Positions 25,346-34,181 of a stretch of 50,859 nt of DNA are shown one piece after another. The first letter of the stretch is position 1, and each line of letters starts with the position of its first letter. The stretch is from a bacterium. GTDB lineage: Bacteria; UBA10199; 2-02-FULL-44-16; DYJF01. Position numbers and translations under genes: made by a program. The stretch covers positions 1-50,859 of the forward strand of contig JBGSNL010000077.1 of assembly GCA_041739675.1 (NCBI GenBank). Direction: 5' to 3'. The notes below the pieces were generated by a model that was not told where the DNA came from, did not search any database, and saw nothing but the letters and a program-made list of their open reading frames with translations.

Positions 25346-28336
25346 TTAGAACGATGTCCCGAATTGCAATATCAGCGTTCCCCAGTCGAGGCTCGTGCCC
25401 AATATCGGATCGGTGAGCGTTCCAATGCGGTCGCGATTGACGACGATGATGCCGTATCCCAGCCTCGCCGTCAAAGGCAGGCCGTGGCCTATGATGAAAT
25501 CACCCCTCATCTCCGTGCCGACGCCCAGCATAAAATCATCAAAAAAGTTTATTCCGCTGCCTTCGTTTTGATCGGCGTTCCACGCATTTCCGTAATCTGC
25601 AAAAAATGCGGCGTAGAAGTTTTTCAGATAAAACGGCCACGTGCCTATGCCCCGCTGCGCGGCCACGATGGGCAACCTGTATTCCGCCGACATGAGCATC
25701 GCACGCGTTCTCGACAACGCCGATACCGGCAGACCGCGCAGGGGGAAATAATTATATGAATAGCCTCCTCCGAACGAGCCTTCGCCCAGTGCGCCGCCCA
25801 ATCCGAACGTACCCTGAACCTGGCGGTCTCCCCACTGAATACCGCCGGCGGAACGAAGCGCAAGGACGTGATGATGCCAGAGTCTTATGTACTCGCGCCA
25901 GTCGCCGGCAAAAATTATCTGTTCGTTTCGTTCGCCTCCTCCAAAGATGGAATTGGTCGTCAGGCCGGTCAGGCGAATCGTACGTCCGTTTTCCGGGCTG
26001 ATCGAAGCCGGATACATCTCCGCATCGCTGTACGTATAGTTTCCCATGAAACCCGCAAAGATCCCCAGATTCAATGCGTCCTTTTCAGGCTGCGTGAGCG
26101 ATGTTTCAGGCATCCGGTCTTCGTAAAAATAGCTGGCGCTGAAGCTGTGATTCTTTATAGGGATCGTCAAGAAGGCGTTCAGGTTACGCCGCTCTTCGTA
26201 ATAATGAACCGTGTTCGTGAGGCCGTCTGGAAAAACGAAAGTCAAATCTCCCATATCGACCGAGTAATCGTTTATCCCGACACCCATTACCGGCCGCCAC
26301 CTGCTGTAGGCATACCTGCCAAAATAGCCGAAATGTTTTGAGTCTGTTCTGTATGTGCCGCCGGCGATCCAACTGTGGCGGCGCAAGACGTCCGTGCCCC
26401 CCGTCATGAGACTGAAGAAAAACGCATCCTGAAGATATGCGATATTTGGGAAAAGAACCCTTGGCAGAAATAGCGACTTGCCGAAGGGGGAATACTTCAT
26501 CGTGTCATATGGTTCGGGTTCCATTGGCGGCGGGGCGGGAACCATAGGCGGGGCTTCCTTTTCCGCCTTGCTGATTTTCTCTTTCTTCCCTTTTTTGCTC
26601 TTTTGCTTTCTATCCCACTCTTCCCTTGTAAGGGGGGCGTCGAAACTCGATATGACAAATCCTTTTGAATTGTATTCGCGGACGTAGACTTTTGTTCCAT
26701 CGCGCGTCACGGGTTCAAAGACACCGGTCAGGACGTTGCTGACCTTTACCGACGTTCCGCTTTTTGCGTCGGCGCGGTACACGTTGGGAATTCCACTCTC
26801 GTCGGATGAATAAAATATGTAATTGCCGTCGGGCGACCACCATGGCGACGTCTCCATACCCGTCCCGTTGGTGAGCCTCTTGTGCCATGAACCGCTCAGT
26901 GTATAGAGTTTTATCTTCCATCCCTCTCCTGTCTCCCACACGTCGCACGCAATCGTGAGGCCGTCTGGTGAAAACTTGGGATCGGCAAGATGAATGTTGC
27001 GAGGCTCCGGAGCCGTGATCTCAATTATCTCCTTCGTTTCCAGATTGATGCGTTTGATGGCGTCCGTGCCCGCTGATCCGGCAACGAAGACAATCTCTTT
27101 TCCGGCGGGATCGAAGTCGGGATCGCGCGCCCGAAGGCCGTTCGTCAGCTTTTTCGCCTTTTTTTCCGCCAGATCGTAGAGCCACAGGTCAAAGTAGAGA
27201 TTGTAACTCTTGTAGGACGATTCCGCCGAGTAGGCGATTTTTTCCCCGTCAGGGCTCCATGCAATCTGATTTGCATTTCGTTTTGCGACGATTTCAACTT
27301 TGCCGGTTTCCAGATCCTTGACGCGTATTTCAGTTTTTCTGTGCGGGCTGGACGCGACATAGGCCAGCTTTTTGCCGTCGGGAGAAGGAACCGCTGCGGA
27401 AAATTGTTCGTCCCACGTTGGAGTCACAATCTTTTCAGTCTGTGTTAGGCCCTGTTCTTTGACGCCGGCCGCGATATCCTCATATTTCACGTCCAGGCCT
27501 TCGCGCCACTCGCGCCATAGCTGGTAAAACGTCTTGTGATAAACGTTGCGCGCCTGATGGTTGACCATCGAGAGAAGCGGGGAGCTCTGGATGCGGCGGT
27601 TGAATTCCAAGAATTTATCTTCGCCGTAGGTGTCCACCAGGTATTTGATGAACTTTCCGCCGAATATATATGCGGTGTTGTAGGATGGCCATCTCCATCC
27701 CAGCCCGTCTGCTTCGTCTATCGTCGGAAAATTATCTTCGAGAACGGCCGAACGAAGGAGCATTTCCGAATAACTCGAACGGTTGCGGCCGGCCGTCGTC
27801 TCCGCCGATTCTTCGTAAACCGCAACTCCCTCTCGCGCCCACCCGGGCGTAACGCCGTACGGGGAGACGGTTTTTCCAAAAATCATGCGAAAAGGTTTCC
27901 AGAAACCGCGCGCGGGATCGATGGTGAGAAGATGTGTGTATTCGTGAACGATGAGAGTGCGGAGCCAGTTGTCGTAATTAGCAAGCGACGAATCGGGGCG
28001 CGGAGGAACGACGTAGAGAATCATCCAGTTGTACGGTATGAGCGTCGTCATTCCGTTTGCGTCGTCGGTTGAATCGGTCAGGACGACCTCGGTTTTCCCC
28101 CATGGCTTCCAGTTGAATTCGGGGGAGAGCTTTGCATTGACCTCTTCCAGAATTCTTGCAACGTCCTGGGCGACCGGTTCGATCTCTTCAGGATAGCGTA
28201 CAAAAAAATGATCCGTCTTTATCGTCTTCCAGTTGCGGTGCGGATCGAAACTTGCCGCAAGGGCCATCTGCAAAATTGTGAGAGAAAAAAGAAGGAAGAA
28301 AGCTACGAGCAGTAAGAAAGGCCCCCGTTTATTCAT
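25346..28336 (-). CDS. Outer membrane protein: gluzincin-like metallopeptidase + PD40/TolB-like propeller + Omp85/BamA-like barrel
   Basis: Signal peptide; HEYTH...W..EG; repeated SPDG/P.FSPDG blades; PLRG(L), SAEYRLP and F.DYGNAW barrel motifs; terminal Phe. Confidence 0.85.
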   Translation of the reverse strand: MNKRGPFLLLVAFFLLFSLTILQMALAASFDPHRNWKTIKTDHFFVRYPEEIEPVAQDVARILEEVNAKLSPEFNWKPWGKTEVVLTDSTDDANGMTTLIPYNWMILYVVPPRPDSSLANYDNWLRTLIVHEYTHLLTIDPARGFWKPFRMIFGKTVSPYGVTPGWAREGVAVYEESAETTAGRNRSSYSEMLLRSAVLEDNFPTIDEADGLGWRWPSYNTAYIFGGKFIKYLVDTYGEDKFLEFNRRIQSSPLLSMVNHQARNVYHKTFYQLWREWREGLDVKYEDIAAGVKEQGLTQTEKIVTPTWDEQFSAAVPSPDGKKLAYVASSPHRKTEIRVKDLETGKVEIVAKRNANQIAWSPDGEKIAYSAESSYKSYNLYFDLWLYDLAEKKAKKLTNGLRARDPDFDPAGKEIVFVAGSAGTDAIKRINLETKEIIEITAPEPRNIHLADPKFSPDGLTIACDVWETGEGWKIKLYTLSGSWHKRLTNGTGMETSPWWSPDGNYIFYSSDESGIPNVYRADAKSGTSVKVSNVLTGVFEPVTRDGTKVYVREYNSKGFVISSFDAPLTREEWDRKQKSKKGKKEKISKAEKEAPPMVPAPPPMEPEPYDTMKYSPFGKSLFLPRVLFPNIAYLQDAFFFSLMTGGTDVLRRHSWIAGGTYRTDSKHFGYFGRYAYSRWRPVMGVGINDYSVDMGDLTFVFPDGLTNTVHYYEERRNLNAFLTIPIKNHSFSASYFYEDRMPETSLTQPEKDALNLGIFAGFMGNYTYSDAEMYPASISPENGRTIRLTGLTTNSIFGGGERNEQIIFAGDWREYIRLWHHHVLALRSAGGIQWGDRQVQGTFGLGGALGEGSFGGGYSYNYFPLRGLPVSALSRTRAMLMSAEYRLPIVAAQRGIGTWPFYLKNFYAAFFADYGNAWNADQNEGSGINFFDDFMLGVGTEMRGDFIIGHGLPLTARLGYGIIVVNRDRIGTLTDPILGTSLDWGTLILQFGTSF

Positions 28337-28342
28337 CCCGGT

Positions 28343-28371
28343 AACATACCGATTTTTTTAGAGAATCTCAA
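28343..28371 (-). promoter_or_regulatory. Internal sigma70-type promoter, probably giving a leaderless mRNA
   Basis: TTGAGA-17 nt-TATGTT, then 6 nt to ATG 28336, with no SD. Confidence 0.55.
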
Positions 28372-31300
28372 TTACTTTTGATGGGTGAGGTGCCTTCTTT
28401 TACATATTTGGCAGTAAAGACGCCGTCGCCGTCTGCGTCAATGAATATGGGATTGGCAAGGGCAAACGCGAAGGCGCCCACCTCTTCCGCCGCATGGAAC
28501 GGCGCAAGGTTGACGGGATCGAAGGTTTTCGGTTTCTTTGCGGGGTCGGCCAGGACGTCGGTGACGACGGGGAACAGCGAACGGTACCCTTCGGTATCTC
28601 TTGTCCCGCGCACGAGCACAACGATCCACGTGTCCTCGCCAACAGTGATCTTTGTATCCACCTGGGCGGTTATCACGCCGTTTTCCTCTTTCCAGTTCGT
28701 GAGCGTCTTATCCTTCAGACGGAAAGACTGGAGAGGTTCGTAGCCGTATTTCGGGACATGATACGGTTTATAAAACTCTGCCGGATCTGCCGCAACGCCG
28801 CTCATCGCGTTGCCCGTTTCGTCATCTATGGGGATAGGCTCCGTGTTCGCATAAAGTTCGACGCTGTCGAACCACGCCCATGAAGGCGACGACACCTTTA
28901 TCGTGACGGTCGCATCTCTTCCCGATACCGTGTCGCCTATGACATGCACCGCACCGTCCGCACCTTTCGCCTCGACCGTTACAAACGGACCGGCGGAGAT
29001 GATGACACGATGCTCGTTTATCGCCTTTGCGTATGCGGCGGGATCGAAACCGCCACCCTGCCCGTCGCGCGGATCAACCGCTGATGCTACAAAGTTTCTG
29101 GGCAGACCCATCGGATTTGAAAATTCGTCGTGGCTGTCCGATGAACCGGTCGCCGTCAAAATCATCCCGAGGTTCAAAAGATTGAACCACGTGGGCACAG
29201 AGGATTGCAGAAATTCCTCACGGATCGCATGAAAATCGAAACCTATCACGAGCTCCATCGTCGTCGCATCGGCGGTTACGAGCGTGCTGGACCCGAACGG
29301 TATCGGGAACTCCGGTCCTCCGCTCCTTGGCGAAAGACGCCGCTCCACGGGATCGGCATAACTTGAAAGTGGAGAAACACCGCTTTCGAGATAGAATCTG
29401 GACGTCACCCAGCCTGCAGCAACGGGAAGCCCTGTCGGGCTGTCGTCGATGTGATCGATTTGAATCACGTGTTCCCCATCGAGCCCCGCAATTGCGGCGA
29501 CAACATCCACCGGGCTCATACAGTAATCGGGGGCGAAGCCCACTTCATCCTGCGCAGATGCCGACCAGTCAAGCGCCCCTCCGGTGATCGATTCGGAATC
29601 AAAACTCAGCGGAAATGCGTGGATGTGCCCGTAGTGATTTGGCGTTATCTCGTCGCCGGAAACGTTTCCCGCAAAACTCCCCGACGGAATGAGCCCCTGC
29701 GACGTCATCTTTTCTATGACCGGTCCGTAATCGAAAACATAGTCGTGGTCGGATGAATGCATGACATCCATCCCCTCAGCGGCCGCCGCAAGAACGCGTT
29801 TTTCGGGCACGATCCAGCTGTCGGGACTGACAACACTATGTAAATGGTAATCCCCGGAGATATATCCCGGCGTTGCGTACGCGCGGGAAATGGCAACTGC
29901 ATCCAAACTTGCAGTCTTGCCGGCCTCGATAGTCACATCTTTCTCAACGGAGCCGTACTCGGCGCCATGCGAGAAGACGAATTTGTATGTGCCGGGTTCA
30001 AGCGCAAAACTCGATTGCCCCGTCAGGCCGAAAGTCCCCTTCGCCGTAATGTAGTGAAGATCGGCAATTCCATACGGGCGGTTGAACTCCTGTATATCGC
30101 CGAACACGCCGACTGTTTCCCCTTCAGGGGAAGGATCCTCGCCGACAATCGTCAAGCGCGCGGCAATCGGTTGGCCTGTTGACGCATCAGTCACCGGCGA
30201 CGGAAGATTGATCCAACCGGTTTCGCCGAGCGCGCAGGTGACGTTAAGCGGTGCCATCGACGGCTCCACGTCTTCAGGCTCGCAGCTTCCGGCAATCGCC
30301 GTACCGTTTTTATGATACCCGGGCTTTCCAACCACAATGTGATACTTCCCTTCGCCAAGGGCCTTCGTAATGGGAGAATCTCCCGCCGGCAAATTTCCCG
30401 AGAATTTTCCGGCCGAATCGCTGCGATAGGTCACGATCGTGCCGCCGCCCTTTTTCTGTATCGCAACCGTTGCGCCGCTGACTACCGTTCCGTCCGCCGC
30501 GACAACGGTTCCGGAAATGGGACGCGTCGCCGCTCCCAGGGCCGTAAGCCCGCCGTCCATCACCGATCCCGCCGTGCCGTCGCCGACGACAAAATATCTT
30601 GTGATTGTGCGCTCACTCTTCGCGGGGATCGTAAAATTGATCTGAGGCTGTCCTCCCGAACCCAATGGCAAAACTTTCAAGATTCCCTCTCCCAGCACCA
30701 CAAACGTGACACCGGAATATGAAAGAGAGCCGCTGACGAGACGCACGCCGTCTTTATCTGCAAACTGCGCAAGATCGTAAAAATATCCATACGAGACATC
30801 TACTCCGTCAAAACCCGCATAGATGAGGGCCGGCGCATCACCAGCCGCCTGGGTCATGAGGTCCGGAGAAAAACCGATTCCGGGAATCAGAAAGTGGAGT
30901 TCGCCGCTGCCGTTCACAATGTCGCCGACGGGCACCATCACATCTTCGTCGCCGTTATTTTTGAGCGTCGTGTCGATGCGGACAAAATTGGAACCGGGAT
31001 CAAGTTTATATTCCGTCACGACTTCGGGATCGACACCTCTTAAATCTTCATAAACGTTAAAGGGATCTCCGCGATCGTCGAAACGCCTGGCAAACGTGAT
31101 CGGCTGGCCGGCAACGCCTTGGGCCACCTCGCTCACAAAATCCAGATCGATATATTCCCAGACGTCTATTTTTCCGTACGCCTTCAGAATTTTCGATCCG
31201 CCGTCCTCGCCGGTGGAGGTCACTTCATAGTTATAATAATTTACCGTCCACTCGATATTGACGAGCGGAAAGATCGAGCCGAACTCGTCGCGGCCGGCCT

Positions 31301-31604
31301 CTCCCGAAGAGCGCACACGGTCCGCATCTATAATGATGCCGCCGAACGAAAAGAGCCCTGCGTTCTTGGCAGGCTTTTGGATGATAACGCGGATCCGGTC
31401 GTTTTGCAGAAGCACATCGCCCACACGCCCCTGCGCGACAGGGCCGCCGATGAGATCTTTGGCGTCTTTGATCGTAAACGGGGTGTCGGGGTAACCTGAA
31501 TAATTGGGATTATCCGGACCTCCACCACCGCCGCTGCAGGCCGCGAAAAAAAAGGCCAGAAAAAGGACGGTTAAAACCTTTTTGTATGAAAGATAAGAAA
31601 CCAT
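28368..31604 (-). CDS. CehA/McbA-like PHP-fold metallohydrolase lipoprotein
   Basis: FFAA-C lipobox; GRVGDVLLQNDRIR N-domain; carboxypeptidase-regulatory-like domain; GDYHLHS..S.DS, SDHD, E....YGH and GSSDSH metal ligands. Confidence 0.82.
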   Translation of the reverse strand: MVSYLSYKKVLTVLFLAFFFAACSGGGGGPDNPNYSGYPDTPFTIKDAKDLIGGPVAQGRVGDVLLQNDRIRVIIQKPAKNAGLFSFGGIIIDADRVRSSGEAGRDEFGSIFPLVNIEWTVNYYNYEVTSTGEDGGSKILKAYGKIDVWEYIDLDFVSEVAQGVAGQPITFARRFDDRGDPFNVYEDLRGVDPEVVTEYKLDPGSNFVRIDTTLKNNGDEDVMVPVGDIVNGSGELHFLIPGIGFSPDLMTQAAGDAPALIYAGFDGVDVSYGYFYDLAQFADKDGVRLVSGSLSYSGVTFVVLGEGILKVLPLGSGGQPQINFTIPAKSERTITRYFVVGDGTAGSVMDGGLTALGAATRPISGTVVAADGTVVSGATVAIQKKGGGTIVTYRSDSAGKFSGNLPAGDSPITKALGEGKYHIVVGKPGYHKNGTAIAGSCEPEDVEPSMAPLNVTCALGETGWINLPSPVTDASTGQPIAARLTIVGEDPSPEGETVGVFGDIQEFNRPYGIADLHYITAKGTFGLTGQSSFALEPGTYKFVFSHGAEYGSVEKDVTIEAGKTASLDAVAISRAYATPGYISGDYHLHSVVSPDSWIVPEKRVLAAAAEGMDVMHSSDHDYVFDYGPVIEKMTSQGLIPSGSFAGNVSGDEITPNHYGHIHAFPLSFDSESITGGALDWSASAQDEVGFAPDYCMSPVDVVAAIAGLDGEHVIQIDHIDDSPTGLPVAAGWVTSRFYLESGVSPLSSYADPVERRLSPRSGGPEFPIPFGSSTLVTADATTMELVIGFDFHAIREEFLQSSVPTWFNLLNLGMILTATGSSDSHDEFSNPMGLPRNFVASAVDPRDGQGGGFDPAAYAKAINEHRVIISAGPFVTVEAKGADGAVHVIGDTVSGRDATVTIKVSSPSWAWFDSVELYANTEPIPIDDETGNAMSGVAADPAEFYKPYHVPKYGYEPLQSFRLKDKTLTNWKEENGVITAQVDTKITVGEDTWIVVLVRGTRDTEGYRSLFPVVTDVLADPAKKPKTFDPVNLAPFHAAEEVGAFAFALANPIFIDADGDGVFTAKYVKEGTSPIKSN

Positions 31605-31618
31605 AGGAATTCAACGTC

Positions 31619-31645
31619 TTATCGTCTTTGCCACCATTTTGTTGC
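31619..31645 (-). promoter_or_regulatory. Sigma28-like promoter motif, copy 1
   Basis: GCAAC-14 nt-GACGATAA ends 14 nt before the ATG at 31604. The same motif and spacing occur at 39443-39469. Confidence 0.55.
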
Positions 31646-31827
31646 GTAAATAATTGAGGATCTTCTAAAAGGCTAGGCACAGGGCGTAAGTCTTTGCTAC
31701 GCACCGTGTCGATAATTTGCATATTTCCGTGTAAAAACGAGGCTTTTTGTTATCTGTATACACTTGACCATCAGTCAAAAGCGGGCTAGAAACCAAAAGA
31801 CACACAACAAAATACGGAGGTATCCTT

Positions 31828-32919
31828 ATGATTATCGGCGTACCCAAGGAGATCAAGACGAAGGAGACCCGCGTCGCTGTGACCCCAAACGGCGTGAAGA
31901 CACTCACGTCCAAAGGGCACAAGGTTTATGTCGAAGAAAACGCGGGTGTGCTCTCCGGTTTTTCGAATCAGGATTATACAAACGCCGGCGCCACACTCGA
32001 GCGCGATGCGGCCAAGATATGGAAAACGGCCGAGATGATCGTCAAGGTGAAGGAGCCGCTCGAGAGCGAATATCCATACTTAAGAAACAATCTTACGCTC
32101 TTCACATATCTGCACCTGGCGTCGGTTCCTTCACTAGCTTCCGCTCTTTGCGAGACAAAAACGACCGCGATCGGATACGAGACAGTTCAGACAGACGACG
32201 GGGGCCTGCCGCTTCTCCGCCCCATGAGCGAGGTTGCGGGGCGCGTTGCCACGCAGATCGGAACCTATCTTCTCCATAAAAATCACGGCGGTAAGGGACT
32301 TCTTCTGGGCGGTGTCACAGGCACGCGCCGCGGAACGGTCGTTGTCATCGGCGGCGGATATGTCGGCTTGAATGCCGCTGAAGTCGCGGCGGGGCTTCGC
32401 TCGGAGACGGTCATCTTGGATATCGACGATCAGAAGATTGCGTTCATTGAGGAATCATATCGCGGAAGGATCAATGCGGTTAAATCAACTCCGCAGTCGG
32501 TCGAAGAATGGGTGAAGAAGGCCGATCTTTTAGTCGGCGCGGTTCTTGTGATGGGCGACCGCGCTCCTCACGTTGTTTCGAGAGATCAGGTGAAAAAGAT
32601 GAACCCGGGCTCGGTCATCGTCGACGTCTCTATCGATCAGGGTGGATGCATCGAGACATCGAGACCCACTTCGCATGAAGTTCCGACTTATGTGGAGCAT
32701 AATGTGATCCATTATTGCGTGCCGAACATGCCGGCCCTCACACCGGTTACGTCAACTGAAGCGCTGACGGCGGCGACGTTCCCGTACGTGGAAAAGCTCG
32801 CGAACAACGGAGTTGATAAGGCGATCGCATCTGATCCGGTCCTTGCAAAGGGTCTGCAGGTGAAAAACGGCAAGATCACGCATCCGGTGATCGCAAAACT
32901 CTTCCCGAAACTTTCGTAA
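31828..32919 (+). CDS. ald: Alanine dehydrogenase
   Basis: GVPKEIK..E.RVA, VKVKEP, FTYLHLA, LPLL.PMSEVAGR, VDVSIDQGGC.ET and HYCVPNMP motifs; GGAGG RBS. Confidence 0.97.
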   Translation: MIIGVPKEIKTKETRVAVTPNGVKTLTSKGHKVYVEENAGVLSGFSNQDYTNAGATLERDAAKIWKTAEMIVKVKEPLESEYPYLRNNLTLFTYLHLASVPSLASALCETKTTAIGYETVQTDDGGLPLLRPMSEVAGRVATQIGTYLLHKNHGGKGLLLGGVTGTRRGTVVVIGGGYVGLNAAEVAAGLRSETVILDIDDQKIAFIEESYRGRINAVKSTPQSVEEWVKKADLLVGAVLVMGDRAPHVVSRDQVKKMNPGSVIVDVSIDQGGCIETSRPTSHEVPTYVEHNVIHYCVPNMPALTPVTSTEALTAATFPYVEKLANNGVDKAIASDPVLAKGLQVKNGKITHPVIAKLFPKLS

Positions 32920-32933
32920 TATTTATTGACGAT

Positions 32934-32967
32934 AAAAAAAGCCGCAGAGTTTTCTCTGCGGCTTTTT
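32934..32967. terminator. Bidirectional intrinsic terminator
   Basis: A7-GCCGCAGAG-TTT-CTCTGCGGC-T6 between convergent genes. Confidence 0.92.
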
Positions 32968-32981
32968 TATTGATTAACTTT

Positions 32982-33329
32982 TTAGAAGTTTTTCTGGATG
33001 ACCTTGATGCGCACGGCCTCTCTGTCGAGACGCCCGAGCCTTGCATCCTGCGCGCCCACCTTCTCCTGATAGGTCCTGGCGTTTAAATAATTTTCGGCTT
33101 TCTGGAGGGCCGCCACTTTCGCGGTTAAAACCTTCCTCTTTTCAGTCGTGAGCTTCTTCAGTTTATTTACGGTCTCAACTCGCTCGGATAGGTAGGCCTT
33201 AATTTTTCCCTTGAAAGCCTGCTCAAAGGCCTTTTTTCCCTCAGGGGATGTGCGTTTCACACCCTTTTTCTTGAGGTCAGGATGCTCTTTTAGAAACGTG
33301 GCCCATGTGTATTTCTGGTTGAGTGACAT
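32982..33329 (-). CDS. Highly basic hypothetical protein (115 aa)
   Basis: AAGGAAG RBS, upstream TTGACT-17-TATTTA (33393-33365) and its own terminator; 29 K/R versus 12 D/E. Confidence 0.8.
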   Translation of the reverse strand: MSLNQKYTWATFLKEHPDLKKKGVKRTSPEGKKAFEQAFKGKIKAYLSERVETVNKLKKLTTEKRKVLTAKVAALQKAENYLNARTYQEKVGAQDARLGRLDREAVRIKVIQKNF

Positions 33330-33437
33330 AACGCTTCCTTTCTTTGAATTGCGACTAGCGGCGCTAAATAGGCGATTTGGGGCAAATAGTCAAGCCTGTG
33401 GTTGATTTTCAGCGATTTGCGTGCTTTAGAGGCTCTC

Positions 33438-34181
33438 ATGCTCTTGACGGTCGATATCGGCAATACATCCATTAGTTTTGGGGCTTTTGACGGAAAAAGG
33501 CTTGTCCGGCAGTGGCGGATGGCAACCAGGAAAACCGATGGAAGGACGCTTCGAAGGTCGCTTGGGACGGTCAAAAGCGTTCAAGGCGTGTGCGTATCAA
33601 GTGTAGTGCCGCGGCTCAATCCGATCGTAAGGCGGGCGGTCAAAAAACTGTTCGGGTGCAAGGTCCTTTTTGTCACGGCGACGAACGCCGGCATAAAAAT
33701 CCTTCATTATAATAGAAGGCAGATCGGCGCGGATCGCCTGGTAGATGCGGTTGCAGCATTCGAACTTTATCGCAAACCCCTTATCATTATAGACTTCGGC
33801 ACGGCGACGACATTTGATTATGTCACGGCAAAGGGTGAATATGGCGGCGGCGTGATCGCACCGGGGATCGGTATTATAAATGATGCGCTTTCAAAGATGA
33901 CCGCAAAGCTGCCGAAGGTTCCGATAAAGAAGACAAATAAAATTATCGGTCAAAATACGAAGGCCGCAATTCAGTCGGGCGTGTTTCACGGGTACGTCGG
34001 ACTTGTCGATCACATTGTGGAGAAATTGAAAAAAGAGGTAGGCGGAAAGTCAAAGATCATAGCAACCGGAGGTCTCGCAAAGCTCATTGCCGGACACACT
34101 GCCATGATAGATATTGTAAGACCCGCATTGACGCTTGAAGGATTGAGAATTATTTGGCGGCGGAACTCACGGCCATTCTGA
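33438..34181 (+). CDS. coaX: Type III pantothenate kinase
   Basis: MLLTVDIGNT (start 33438), SSVVP, IGADR, IIDFGTATT, GG.IAPG and ATGG motifs. Confidence 0.95.
   Translation: MLLTVDIGNTSISFGAFDGKRLVRQWRMATRKTDGRTLRRSLGTVKSVQGVCVSSVVPRLNPIVRRAVKKLFGCKVLFVTATNAGIKILHYNRRQIGADRLVDAVAAFELYRKPLIIIDFGTATTFDYVTAKGEYGGGVIAPGIGIINDALSKMTAKLPKVPIKKTNKIIGQNTKAAIQSGVFHGYVGLVDHIVEKLKKEVGGKSKIIATGGLAKLIAGHTAMIDIVRPALTLEGLRIIWRRNSRPF

Noticed and set aside
31686..31715. Plus-strand GTCGATAA as a third sigma28-like promoter
   Set aside because: No GCAAC or TAAAG at the 14-nt spacing.
34150..34181. Convergent 3' overlaps (also 23113-23116 and 44647-44660)
   Set aside because: Short tail-to-tail overlaps are ordinary in compact genomes.
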